A stretch of 64,000 nucleotides of DNA, from positions 269,527-333,526 of the forward strand of contig CAZDJZ010000002.1 of the NCBI GenBank assembly GCA_964505785.1, written 5' to 3'. Made by a program: the position numbers and the translations under genes. Positions 39,452 through 49,598 of this stretch are shown here, in pieces. Below the pieces are notes generated by a model. The model was given only the letters and a program-made list of their open reading frames with translations, ran no database searches and was not told where the DNA came from. The stretch is from an uncultured Eubacteriales bacterium. GTDB taxonomy: Bacteria; Acidobacteriota; Aminicenantia; Aminicenantales; Aminicenantaceae. How positions within the stretch are numbered: the stretch's first letter is position 1; the number at the start of each line of letters is the position of its first letter.

Positions 39452-40816
39452 TTATGTGAGCTGTTCTATTTTCTCTTTAAAAGAAATCCCTTCCTGTTCC
39501 ATTTCCTTGAGGAGCGGCAAATAAATGTCCGGAGTGACAGGAATATGCACTCCGGTTTTCCGGATGGATCCTTCCAATATCAATTTTGCGGCCGCCGCAA
39601 CCGGCAACCCGACTGTCCTTGCCATAGCGGTACTTCCTCCGGGAATGCCGAAATCAAGGAGAGTAGACGTAATTTTTTCTCTGGAGCCATCCGGATAAGA
39701 AACAGAAAAGGAATGTTTCAGCGTTATCATATCCCGCTCTCTGGCTTTATATTTAAGTTTATCCTCCATCAAATGAACCATAATATCCAAAGGGGAACCT
39801 TTTCGCAGAGGCAGGGTTTTTTTACTGAACAAGTCAAGATATTCCAAACAGTGTATGAAGAATGAATCCGGTTTTATGTTAAACTCGGATGCTATTGCAG
39901 CCCGAATATCTCCGGCGGCGCCGATCCCGGTAACCAGCCGCAAAAATTCTTGATGTGAAAATCCTACCCAGTCCATTTCATTTTCGTTCAGAAGGCCGCT
40001 GGATTGAGCCAAGTCCATGAACTCACACCATCCCGGATATCGAAGCGTTCCGCGCAGCATGGTTTTCACATTGGGAATACCGTAGAGATTGATATAAGAA
40101 AGTGAATTGCGGTTCGGATAGCCTTCCAGCTCTCCGATGTTTTCTACCGGTATCCGCATGGTCTGTTTAAACAACCGGTTGGCTGGGATATGCATTTTAC
40201 GCCCGTCAAGTAAATAATCGGCGTTATTTTTTCCCGCCAGCAGTACACCCCGGGGGCTCCATGAGAATTTGTACCCGAACGGATTATCATTGGCGTCGGG
40301 AGCTGGAAGTCCGCCGCAGAAAGAAAGAAATGCCTCAACTTCCCCTTCATTTTTCTGAACCCGGTCAATAATCCTTTTGGCTTCCATATGATCAAGTCCG
40401 GGATCCAAGCCAATCTCGTTCAGGAAGAAAAGTCCCGCTTCTTTCACCTCACGGTCCAGGCTTTTTAATTCTTCACTGACATAGGATGCGGTGAGTAAAT
40501 TTTTTTTGTGCGTCAGGCAGGCTGCAGCTATCCGTGAATGAAATGTGTAAGGAAGAAGGCTGATAACAATATCCGCTGAAGAAACCGCTGCCTGCAAATC
40601 CTTGTCTTCCTGAATATCTAAACATACAGCTTTTCCGGAAGGATGCCCCTCAATTAGCTTGTCAGCCCGTGTCCTATACTGATCGGCCAGTATAACTTCG
40701 ATTCCGGGCTCTTTTAAAAAATAATCAATCACCGGTGGTGCGACGGATCCGGCTCCCAAAACCAATACTTCATGTTTATTTTGTGATTTTGTCATAATGG
40801 TATCCTTTAGGCTCAA
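39452..40816 (-). CDS. saccharopine dehydrogenase (NADP+, L-glutamate-forming)-like, homologous to C-terminal half of metazoan AASS
   Basis: VLVLGAGSVAPPVIDYF, LLPY, GLDPGLDH, CGGLPAP, YKFSWSPRGVL, EGYPNR, LRGTLRY all match AASS SDH domain. Confidence 0.85.
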   Translation of the reverse strand: MSLKDTIMTKSQNKHEVLVLGAGSVAPPVIDYFLKEPGIEVILADQYRTRADKLIEGHPSGKAVCLDIQEDKDLQAAVSSADIVISLLPYTFHSRIAAACLTHKKNLLTASYVSEELKSLDREVKEAGLFFLNEIGLDPGLDHMEAKRIIDRVQKNEGEVEAFLSFCGGLPAPDANDNPFGYKFSWSPRGVLLAGKNNADYLLDGRKMHIPANRLFKQTMRIPVENIGELEGYPNRNSLSYINLYGIPNVKTMLRGTLRYPGWCEFMDLAQSSGLLNENEMDWVGFSHQEFLRLVTGIGAAGDIRAAIASEFNIKPDSFFIHCLEYLDLFSKKTLPLRKGSPLDIMVHLMEDKLKYKARERDMITLKHSFSVSYPDGSREKITSTLLDFGIPGGSTAMARTVGLPVAAAAKLILEGSIRKTGVHIPVTPDIYLPLLKEMEQEGISFKEKIEQLT

Positions 40817-42138
40817 ATGAATTTATTCAAATACCGGTAATCTGGAGTCAATTCTCCTTTATAAAGCACCACGGCTCTTCGAATTGGAGCCGGCAGCTCA
40901 ATATTCTCAAAGGCCTTTGAAAAATCGCTTCGAGCGAGTGATGGGAGAAAAGGCTTCAATGCTTGGCTGAAAAAAGCGGATGACTCCAATGGAATTTCGG
41001 CCGGAAGGTTATCAATTGTCATCAATGCAATCCCTTTATGGCGAATGTCATTGGATTTTTTTCTTTCTACAGGATCATAGATGTAAAAAGGCTGGTCGGG
41101 GGTTGTTGAATAAAAGTTACACTCAATAGAACCTTCAATATCACAAGATATATCACCAATCACCTTCAATCTGGGGAGCTCACTGTCTCTGAATAGCCTT
41201 TCCAAGGATTCCTGAGTAATAAAGCGTGGATATTTGGGAGTCCAATATATACAATTAACCACAGCGCTCAAATATGGGAGATAGCTGTCGAACTTAGATC
41301 TGTATTTGCCGGGAGACTGGTAGTAATCTTCCAAGGAGAAAGGGATGTCCGTACTTTTTGGATGAACCATATCTTCTTCTTTAAAAACAACTTTATAGAA
41401 ACGGTGAGACGCAAAATCACCGCTTTCCATAAAGGACGGCAGATCAGCAGGCTTGATTTCTTTATGCGGCAGCAAATCAAATATTTCCTGAGCCCCAGCT
41501 GATGTCCGGCCGTATCCGGCAAATCCGATGATAACGGGTTTGAGCTTAGGATCCAGGCCGGAGTTATATATCTCCCACCCGATTTTTTTGATTTTTTCTT
41601 TTATCTCAACCAGGCTCTGATATTTGTGCGGCTGGTCAATTCGAATTAAAGGCGTATCAATTCCTTCCACGGCCCATTTTTGTCCTAATGCATGAAGAAC
41701 TTCCACCATTCCTGCTTGGCCGGCCTGAATTCCAAAGAATAACAAGCGCCGGCCGCTTCCATCTGTAATCTTCTCATACTCGATTAACGTGCATTGTTTG
41801 TCCATTAATATCTTCAGCATGGGCATATTTTGCGACTGCCCTTTAATAGTATGAGAAAAAAACAGATAAACCTTGCCCTTCATGATCAGTTCGACCGGAA
41901 TTTCTTTGACAGCCAGGATGATGCTGCATGGAGAAAGATCTTCTTTAACATCCACTCCTTCCCGCCTGTAATCTTCGTCCGCGAAAACCCGGGTCCGGGA
42001 CGGCTGAATCAAGATGCGGATCCCGTGCTCCTGAATAAGTTCCCGCGCATGGGATGGAATCAGGGGAACCCTGCGCTCCCAGATGTTTTTGTCTTCACGG
42101 CGGATACCTATGATGGTTTGATTTTTTTCAGTATTCAT
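40813..42138 (-). CDS. lysine-ketoglutarate reductase (saccharopine dehydrogenase, L-lysine-forming)-like, homologous to N-terminal half of AASS
   Basis: IGIRREDKNIWERRVPLIP, YLFFSHTIKGQSQNMP, LIEYEKI match AASS LKR domain; 4-bp overlap with downstream SDH gene. Confidence 0.85.
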   Translation of the reverse strand: MNTEKNQTIIGIRREDKNIWERRVPLIPSHARELIQEHGIRILIQPSRTRVFADEDYRREGVDVKEDLSPCSIILAVKEIPVELIMKGKVYLFFSHTIKGQSQNMPMLKILMDKQCTLIEYEKITDGSGRRLLFFGIQAGQAGMVEVLHALGQKWAVEGIDTPLIRIDQPHKYQSLVEIKEKIKKIGWEIYNSGLDPKLKPVIIGFAGYGRTSAGAQEIFDLLPHKEIKPADLPSFMESGDFASHRFYKVVFKEEDMVHPKSTDIPFSLEDYYQSPGKYRSKFDSYLPYLSAVVNCIYWTPKYPRFITQESLERLFRDSELPRLKVIGDISCDIEGSIECNFYSTTPDQPFYIYDPVERKKSNDIRHKGIALMTIDNLPAEIPLESSAFFSQALKPFLPSLARSDFSKAFENIELPAPIRRAVVLYKGELTPDYRYLNKFI

Positions 42139-42259
42139 TAAATGATTCCCTTCAAAAAATAAATTATGGCATAACTGCAAACTCAGGGTCAATAAATTTT
42201 AAAATGATGTTGACCTTAAAGGAAATATTTTCAATAATAAAAAATCAACAGGATAAATC

Positions 42260-43651
42260 ATGATTAAATTTTTCAACACCTTATCAGGAAAAATTGATGT
42301 TTTCCATCCGCTTAAAGCAGGTGAAGCCGGGTTATATACATGCGGCCCTACAGTTTATGACTTTGCTCATATCGGAAACTTTCGTGCCTATGTCTTTGAG
42401 GATCTCTTGAAACGGTTTCTGCAGCATAAAGGTTTTAACGTTCATCATGTCATGAACATAACGGATGTGGATGACAAGACTATAAGAGGGGCTCATCAGC
42501 GAAATCAATCTCTCGGTGAATACACCCGCAATTATATCGAGGCTTTTTTTAATGATATCGACACTTTGAATATATCCCGTGCTGATCAATACCCGAGAGC
42601 CACTGAACATATTCCGGAAATGGTGAATATCATTAAAGCCCTCCTTAAAAAAGGATATGCTTACCAAAAAGAAGGGTCCTATTATTTCGATGTATCCAGC
42701 TTCAGCGATTATGGACGTTTGTCTAAAATCGATAAGGAACAACTTAAATCCGGAGAAAGAGTGGAATCGGATGAATATGAAAAAGAAAATATTCAAGATT
42801 TCGCACTCTGGAAGGCACCTAAGCAAGAAGAACCTTTTTGGGAAACAGATATTGGTCCCGGACGGCCGGGATGGCATATCGAATGTTCAGCCATGAGCTC
42901 AAAATACCTGGGAGATACGTTCGATATCCATTGCGGCGGGATCGACAATATTTTCCCCCACCATGAAAACGAAATCGCTCAGTCTGAAGCCGCCTCCGGC
43001 AAACCTTTTGTACACTACTGGATCCATTGTCATCACTTGATCGTCGATGGTGAAAAAATGTCTAAGTCCAAAGGCAATCAATATACAATCAAAGACCTTC
43101 TGAATAAGAATATCGATCCTGCGGCTTTGCGTTTTCTCTTGCTGTCCACACATTACCGGAAAACACTCAATTTCACTTTTGACGCACTTGACCAGGCCCA
43201 CGCCTCCGTTCAGCGAATCAAAGATTTCGTGTATGAATTGGACCACCGTTCATTTGAACCCGGAAAAAATAACGATACCTCCGTGTTTATAAAGGAGGCA
43301 GGTGAAAAATTCGATTCCGCATTAGAAAATGATCTGAATATATCTATGGCCTTATCTTCGGTTTTTGAGTTTATAAAAAACATTTATAAGAAGATGAAAA
43401 CAAACGAAATCCTCGAAGGAAACGTCCGGGAACTCAAAAACCTCATCTACACCTGGAACAATGTACTGGCTGTATTGCCCGAGGAACAAGATGTCCAATT
43501 GCCGCCGGAAACCCTGAAAAAAATTAAAGAACGCAATAAAGCCAGGGCTGAAAAAAACTTCACCCTCGCTGATAAACTCAGAGATGAATTGCTCCAGGAA
43601 GGAATCATCCTTGAAGATACCAATGACGGGGTGCGCTGGAAAAAGAAATGA
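42260..43651 (+). CDS. cysS: cysteine--tRNA ligase
   Basis: HIGN, KMSKS, Zn-binding Cys, 463 aa. Confidence 0.95.
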   Translation: MIKFFNTLSGKIDVFHPLKAGEAGLYTCGPTVYDFAHIGNFRAYVFEDLLKRFLQHKGFNVHHVMNITDVDDKTIRGAHQRNQSLGEYTRNYIEAFFNDIDTLNISRADQYPRATEHIPEMVNIIKALLKKGYAYQKEGSYYFDVSSFSDYGRLSKIDKEQLKSGERVESDEYEKENIQDFALWKAPKQEEPFWETDIGPGRPGWHIECSAMSSKYLGDTFDIHCGGIDNIFPHHENEIAQSEAASGKPFVHYWIHCHHLIVDGEKMSKSKGNQYTIKDLLNKNIDPAALRFLLLSTHYRKTLNFTFDALDQAHASVQRIKDFVYELDHRSFEPGKNNDTSVFIKEAGEKFDSALENDLNISMALSSVFEFIKNIYKKMKTNEILEGNVRELKNLIYTWNNVLAVLPEEQDVQLPPETLKKIKERNKARAEKNFTLADKLRDELLQEGIILEDTNDGVRWKKK

Positions 43652-44037
43652 CAGCCTGGTTTAAAAAAAAAGCCTGGATGAACGTCTCTCCGCATAACCT
43701 GGGACGCAAAGGTGAGGAAATCGCGCTGGATCTTTTAATAAAAAAAAATTACAGAATCATTGAGCAAGGTTTCCGCTTGTTTAGAGGGGAAATTGATATC
43801 ATTGCCGCTAAGGATGGCGGGCTGGTTTTCGTTGAGGTTAAATCCCGCCGCGGCAGCCGCTTCGGTCATCCGGAAGACTCGGTAACCTTTACAAAACAGT
43901 GCCAGATAAAAAAAATCGCCGCTGGATATCTGCATAAACATAATATTGAAAATATGCCCTGCAGGTTTGATGTCATAGCCGTAATTTTCTTGAAAGATAA
44001 AGTGGATGTGACCCACTTTGAGGAGGCTTTCAATTAA
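43648..44037 (+). CDS. yraN: YraN-family (UPF0102) endonuclease
   Basis: GEEIALDLLIKKNYRIIEQGFR...GEIDIIA...FVEVKSRRG signature; overlaps cysS stop. Confidence 0.8.
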   Translation: MTAWFKKKAWMNVSPHNLGRKGEEIALDLLIKKNYRIIEQGFRLFRGEIDIIAAKDGGLVFVEVKSRRGSRFGHPEDSVTFTKQCQIKKIAAGYLHKHNIENMPCRFDVIAVIFLKDKVDVTHFEEAFN

Positions 44038-44049
44038 AAAGGAGCAATA

Positions 44050-46252
44050 ATGAATATAATAAAAAAAAGATTTTTTTGTTTTTTCATGATCTGTTTGACC
44101 GGTGTTATGTCTGTTATGGCTCAGGTTCCGCCACCGGAGGATATTCTAGGATTTAAAGTCGGCGCGGATTATCACCTTGCCACCTATGACCAAGCGTTGC
44201 AGTATTTTCAGGTCCTGGATGAAAATTCTGACCGCATTCGTCTGTTCAAGGCTGGAAAAACATCAATGGGTCGGGACATGATTTATGCCGTCATTTCCCT
44301 GCCGGAGAACTTGGAACAGCTGGATAAATATAAATCAATTTCCCGCCGTTTATCTTTGGCTCAGGGCCTTTCGGAAAAAAGCGCTCTTGACTTGGCCAAG
44401 CAGGGAAAAGCCGTAGTCTATATAGACGGAGGATTGCATGCCTCCGAATGTGCTCCCGCACAGCATAATATTCAGCTTGCTTACGACCTGGTTACCGGAA
44501 ATGATGCGAAGACCCGGCGTATTCTTTCAGAAACAATATTGGTCTTGGTCTTTGCTAACCCAGACGGCATGAATCTTTTAGCTGAATGGTATCACCCTCA
44601 TGTCGGGACTCCTTATGAAGTCTCCCCTATGCCCTGGCTTTACCATATATTCGCCGGGCATGATAATAACCGGGACTCTTATATCGCCAATCTGGTGGAA
44701 ACCCAAAATATAACCCGGCTGGTTAACCAGGAATGGTTTCCAGTCATTTTGTATAATCACCATCAAACCGCTCCCTTCCCGGCCCGAATCTGGACACCAC
44801 CCAACGCCGAACCCACAAATCCTAATGTGCACCCCTTGGTAGTCCGATGGCAGAATATGGTGGGATCCGCCATGGGAGAAGCTTTTGATGCTGAAAATAA
44901 AGAAGGCGCAATCTCCCGGCTCATTTTTGATACCTGGTATCCGGGGTATGTAACCCAGGTTGTTGATTCTCATAATATTATTTCCATTTTGACTGAGACG
45001 GCTTTATACCGGTACGCTACTCCGCATTTTTATACAGTCCGTGATTTCCCTGAAGAATATCAGGATATGACCATGTCTGCTTTTTACCCTAATCCCTGGA
45101 AAGGCGGCTGGTGGCGTATTGGCGATGCGGTGGATTATTGCTTAACCGCGTCCAAATCGGTTCTGGATGTTGCTTCCCGCTACCGGGAAAAGCTGCTGTT
45201 TAATAAGTTCAAAATGGCTGAGGATGTGATTTCACGCTTTCAAAACGAACCTCCCTACGGCTGGATTATTCCCAAGCAGCAGAATGATCCCGGGACAGCC
45301 GAATTGCTGTTAAAAAAAATGCAGCTTTTGGGCATTAAGCTGTATGAAAGCCAGTCGAATTTTGTTCATGAAGGTATCCAGTATCCCCAAGGCACATATA
45401 TTATTCCAGCTTCCCAGCCATTCGGCCTTTTTGCCAAAAATATGTTTGAGGAACAGGAGTATCCGGATTTACGTAAATATCCTGCCCTTTGGCAGGGAAT
45501 TATCCGTCCGGTCGAATTTGATGGTGCTCCGCTAAGCTCATATGACCAAATGGGATGGACCCTGCCCTACCAATTCGGTGTTCAAACCAATGCTTCCCGC
45601 AGCCCATTAAATATTCAAATGACTCAGGTGAACAATATTGTTTTCCGGAAGGGGAAAATTTCCGGCCGGCCGGGTTATGCTTATGCTCTCAGCCATCAGG
45701 AAAACAATTCCTTTACAGCCATGAACAGGATCTTAAAAGCCGGAGGGCGTATTTTATGGGCGAAAGAACCCTTTTCACGCAATAATCAAAATTTTCCAGC
45801 CGGAACCATTATGGTTTTATCCAACAGTATTGATCGCTCTGTCATGGAAGCCATCGTTGAAGAGCTGAATTTGGAAGTGACTGGGATTTCCGGAAAACCC
45901 GGGACTGAAACCATGGAAATAAAAACAACCAGATTAGGTTTGTACCAATCCTGGGTGGCAAATGCAGATGAAGGCTGGGTGCGATTTCTCATGGAACAAT
46001 ATGAATTTCCTTATTCCGTATTGCATGACGCTGAAATCCGGGCCGGACAGCGTTGCAAAATACGCCAAAGAACACCTGCTTATGAGCGGATGGATTCACG
46101 GAGAAAAAATTATCCGGGAAAAAAGCGCGATTCTGGATGTTGCCAAGGGACAAGGCCGGATCATTCTTCTCGGCTTTCCAGTCCAGTTCCGTGCACAATC
46201 CTACGGAACGTTCAAGCTTCTTTTTAACTCGATTTTTTTGGGAGGGAGATGA
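44050..46252 (+). CDS. secreted M14-family zinc carboxypeptidase-like protein; apparent frameshift near 46030-46040 (C-terminus continues in ORF 45962..46252 frame)
   Basis: Signal peptide; HxxE (HASE) and NPDG motifs; frame A becomes Arg-rich nonsense after SVLHDAEI while the other frame reads LKSGPDSVAKYAKEHLLMSGWIHGEKII... Confidence 0.55.
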
Positions 46253-47037
46253 AATTCACAAAAGCAGCCGCTGCCGGCAATGACTTCATTTTGATCGACA
46301 ATCGAAAAAAAAGTCTAAGCGGGGCGGAAACGGATTTTTTCCGGGACATCTGCCGGCGCCGTCATTCTATCGGTGCAGATGGAATCATTTTGCTGGAAAA
46401 CAGTTCCCGCGCTGATATTCTTTACCGGCATTATAATTCCGATGGCCGGCCTGCAGAAATGTGCGGGAACGGTGCCCGCTGCATCAGTCGGTACGCCTAC
46501 GAAAAACAATTAACTAGGGACAAACTTTCTTTTGAAATAAATGGAATCATTTATCTTGCGTTTTGCCGGGGTGACTCTGTCACCATCTCTTTTCCCTATC
46601 CCAAAACCATTGATCCGGATAAGCGGATTTTTCCTCAATCAGACAATCAGGAAGCCGGATATATCAACACCGGGGTTCCGCATTTTGTTGTCTTTACTGA
46701 TAATCTCGATGATTTGGATGTGGAATCCGAAGGAAAAAAATACCGCTTCCACCCGGAATTCAACCATGGCACAAATGTTGATTTTGTTGAAATCCTTACC
46801 CGAAAATCGATCAGGGTCCGTACTTTTGAGCGGGGTGTAGAGGCTGAAACTTTCAGCTGTGGAACCGGAGCCGTTGCATCAGCGATTTTGGTTCATCTGA
46901 AAAAGGATTTTTTACCGCCGGTGGAGGTTTCGACTCAAGGAGGAAGAATGGAAATCGATTGGGACAAAAAAAAACAAAAGGTTTTATTGACAGGAAAAGC
47001 GAAGTTGATTTACGAGGGAGAACTTATTCCGTCATAA
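46249..47037 (+). CDS. dapF: diaminopimelate epimerase
   Basis: NDFILID, two catalytic Cys (CGNGARC, SCGTGAVA). Confidence 0.9.
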   Translation: MKFTKAAAAGNDFILIDNRKKSLSGAETDFFRDICRRRHSIGADGIILLENSSRADILYRHYNSDGRPAEMCGNGARCISRYAYEKQLTRDKLSFEINGIIYLAFCRGDSVTISFPYPKTIDPDKRIFPQSDNQEAGYINTGVPHFVVFTDNLDDLDVESEGKKYRFHPEFNHGTNVDFVEILTRKSIRVRTFERGVEAETFSCGTGAVASAILVHLKKDFLPPVEVSTQGGRMEIDWDKKKQKVLLTGKAKLIYEGELIPS

Positions 47038-47103
47038 TCCGTAACTTGTTATGATAAAGACGCTAGTAAAATCGGGGAATTTGAGAGACATTGTCGATAC
47101 AGA

Positions 47104-47604
47104 ATGAGATACCACCTTGGTTTGGGAAGCAACATGGGAAACCGGGAATTCCATCTTAAGAGAGCATTATCATTGCTGGCGAAAAAGGGAGTCATTATTG
47201 TCAGGCTTTCCTCTTTATACGAGACCGAACCAATCGGATTTCAGGCTCAGCCCATGTTTTTGAATATGGCTGCTGTCGTTGAATCGGCGCTTGATCCGGC
47301 ATCTCTTCTCAAGGCACTCAAATCGATTGAAAAAAAAATAGGCAGAAAACCGTCCCTTCCGGGTCATTCCCGCTGTATAGATATAGATATACTTTTAGCT
47401 GAAACCCTTGTTTTTTCCAGCCCCGGCCTGATTATTCCCCACCCTCGAATGCATGAGCGCCTGTTTGCTCTTATACCGCTGGCTGAGATCGCACCAGATG
47501 AGATTCACCCGGTCTTTAACTTGACCATAAAGAGCTTAAAAGAAAATTGCGATGAACCCGGGTTTATAAAAAAAACCGGAACTCCGGATTTCTCTAACCT
47601 CTAA
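47104..47604 (+). CDS. folK: 6-hydroxymethyl-7,8-dihydropterin pyrophosphokinase
   Basis: YHLGLGSNMGNR...YETEPIG...IDIDILL HPPK signature. Confidence 0.9.
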   Translation: MRYHLGLGSNMGNREFHLKRALSLLAKKGVIIVRLSSLYETEPIGFQAQPMFLNMAAVVESALDPASLLKALKSIEKKIGRKPSLPGHSRCIDIDILLAETLVFSSPGLIIPHPRMHERLFALIPLAEIAPDEIHPVFNLTIKSLKENCDEPGFIKKTGTPDFSNL

Positions 47605-47636
47605 CCCTCGCTTTTTTTTTTCATATCTGGCATCAT

Positions 47637-47990
47637 ATGTTCATGAATCAGGTGGAGATGTGGCGGATCAAAGAATTGATCCTTATCCTTAATGAGATTG
47701 CTGGAATTCTGCGGCGGGGAAACAACCGCGAATGGGCGGCTGTTTTTCAGCATTATAAAATGGAATCCCAGGAGATTCTCAGCGGAAGAAAATTCGGTTC
47801 TCAGGAACTAAAAAACTTGATCCGGAATATACGCTGCGGCATAAAAGGCCCCCATTTCTCGCATTATCATATTGATATCGATGTTCCCCATAATGAGCCT
47901 TCGATATTCGAAGACTTCCTCCGCTGCAAGACCAGGCTGAATCAAATTCTCGATGAAATGAACAGCCGTTTTGTAGAATATATTAACTAA
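47637..47990 (+). CDS. hypothetical protein (117 aa)
   Basis: ATG with upstream T-run; no recognisable motifs. Confidence 0.35.
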   Translation: MFMNQVEMWRIKELILILNEIAGILRRGNNREWAAVFQHYKMESQEILSGRKFGSQELKNLIRNIRCGIKGPHFSHYHIDIDVPHNEPSIFEDFLRCKTRLNQILDEMNSRFVEYIN

Positions 47991-48066
47991 CCAGGCCGAG
48001 TGAAGCTGGTGTGGCCCTTCGCTGCGAATTAATGCTTAAAAGGAATAAGCCGGGCGAAGCACCAGC

Positions 48067-49056
48067 TCAGGATTCGATAAGGTCGAAGCTTTTCAGCATG
48101 CGCAGCACCGCAATCGTTATCCAGAGGTGATCTTCTAATTCCGCTTTTTTAAACCTGGCTTCCCAATATCCCTGCGGCCTTTGTTTTCGGAGCAGCCACT
48201 GCAGGGCCGATTGGATAATTTCATTCTCAGGAGAAAATCCTATTTTCGACAAGGAATCCAAACTGCTTAATATATTTGTTCCCCAAAATGGATAGGATAA
48301 ATCTTTCCACCCGGCAGCGCTTTTTTGCTCGGAATAATAATCCGGTTTAAAAAATTCCTTTAACAGAAGGGCTCCCCCCTTCTTTGTTTCTTTACGCTCT
48401 CTCCATTGAGGAGAAGCTGCCAAAGCCCGCAATACCATTCCAGTTACTACATTTGAAAAGGGTTTTGATGTATTTGGTTTTATAGGTGCACTGTCATTTT
48501 CGTTAGCATTGTTCTTTCCATATCGATTTTCAAATACTTTTTTTTCAACGGTCCTGTACGGAATCGCCCAGCCGCCGTCATCTTGACGGTTTTTCATCAG
48601 CCATTGAAATCCTTTTTCCGCTTCGGATGCATCATGAAATCCAAACAAACTGACAATTTCTAAAATCAGTGCATGATAAGTGGGAGCATACTCATGGATG
48701 TAAGCGCCCCGGAAATCCCCTTCTTTGGTTTGCGTTGAAAACAGATAGCCTGCTCCCTTTTGAATTGCTTTGTCTTTTTTAGAACATCCCAGGTCATAAA
48801 GCTTGAAAAGGTTTCGCAGAGTTTCTACGGTTGAATGGGTTTTTTCCAAGGTGGGATGACCGATATATTTTTTTTCACACCAAGACCCTTTGGAGTTTTG
48901 TTCTTCGAGAATGCGGATCCTGTCAGCATATTTTTGCAGATTTTTAAATTCTCTATCCACAGGGACTTCCAGGATGTCCTTTTTTAACCAAAACAAGATG
49001 GGAAGGTTTCCCCTAGCCAATAGAAATTCAATCGCCCTGTTGATTCGTTTTTTCAT
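48067..49056 (-). CDS. prenyltransferase/terpene-cyclase-like alpha-alpha toroid repeat protein
   Basis: QWLMKNRQDDGGWA and QWLLRKQRPQGYW repeats (QxxxGxW). Confidence 0.5.
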   Translation of the reverse strand: MKKRINRAIEFLLARGNLPILFWLKKDILEVPVDREFKNLQKYADRIRILEEQNSKGSWCEKKYIGHPTLEKTHSTVETLRNLFKLYDLGCSKKDKAIQKGAGYLFSTQTKEGDFRGAYIHEYAPTYHALILEIVSLFGFHDASEAEKGFQWLMKNRQDDGGWAIPYRTVEKKVFENRYGKNNANENDSAPIKPNTSKPFSNVVTGMVLRALAASPQWRERKETKKGGALLLKEFFKPDYYSEQKSAAGWKDLSYPFWGTNILSSLDSLSKIGFSPENEIIQSALQWLLRKQRPQGYWEARFKKAELEDHLWITIAVLRMLKSFDLIES

Positions 49057-49070
49057 CGCCTGTTCCTTTA

Positions 49071-49421
49071 TCAGGATTTTCCTTGATTAAGGATGATACA
49101 AAGAAATTGAAACGGCTGAGAATTAGTATTTTTGAATTGATGCTTTTCATTTGCCGGGATAAAAAGACTGTTCCCCGATGAAATCTGGTATTCTTTACCC
49201 TCCTTATCGATGACAATTCCATTTCCGCTTTCAATTTTAACAACATGTTCGAAATCATGGGAATGACAAGGAGTATTCCCGCCACTTTGAACAATAAAAC
49301 GCCTCATAATAATTCGGCCAGAACCGTCTTTGGTACCGATCAGAACTTTTTTTCTCACTCCCCTGATTGAATCATCCTCAGGAATCGTGCTTTTGATTTC
49401 ATCCTCGTTCTTTATGATCAC
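49071..49421 (-). CDS. cupin-domain protein
   Basis: Two-His cupin motif GGNTPCHSHDFEHVV ... HQFKN. Confidence 0.6.
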   Translation of the reverse strand: MIIKNEDEIKSTIPEDDSIRGVRKKVLIGTKDGSGRIIMRRFIVQSGGNTPCHSHDFEHVVKIESGNGIVIDKEGKEYQISSGNSLFIPANEKHQFKNTNSQPFQFLCIILNQGKS

Positions 49422-49598
49422 ATCAATTCTCCTTTAATCCCATTCTAAAAAATATCTTCAGTCTTTACCCATGGTTGGGGAAAAGCGCATTTGAAACTAT
49501 AAATTTTAGTCTAATTATAAAAGTCCGTCAATTTTTCTTCCCATAAAAACAAAAAAACATTGGATATTCATATAATGTTTTGTATAATTTTTTTCTAA

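Noticed and set aside
45962-46252. ORF 45962..46252(+) as an independent 96-aa gene
   Set aside because: It is the frameshifted continuation of the M14 peptidase gene, not a separate gene.
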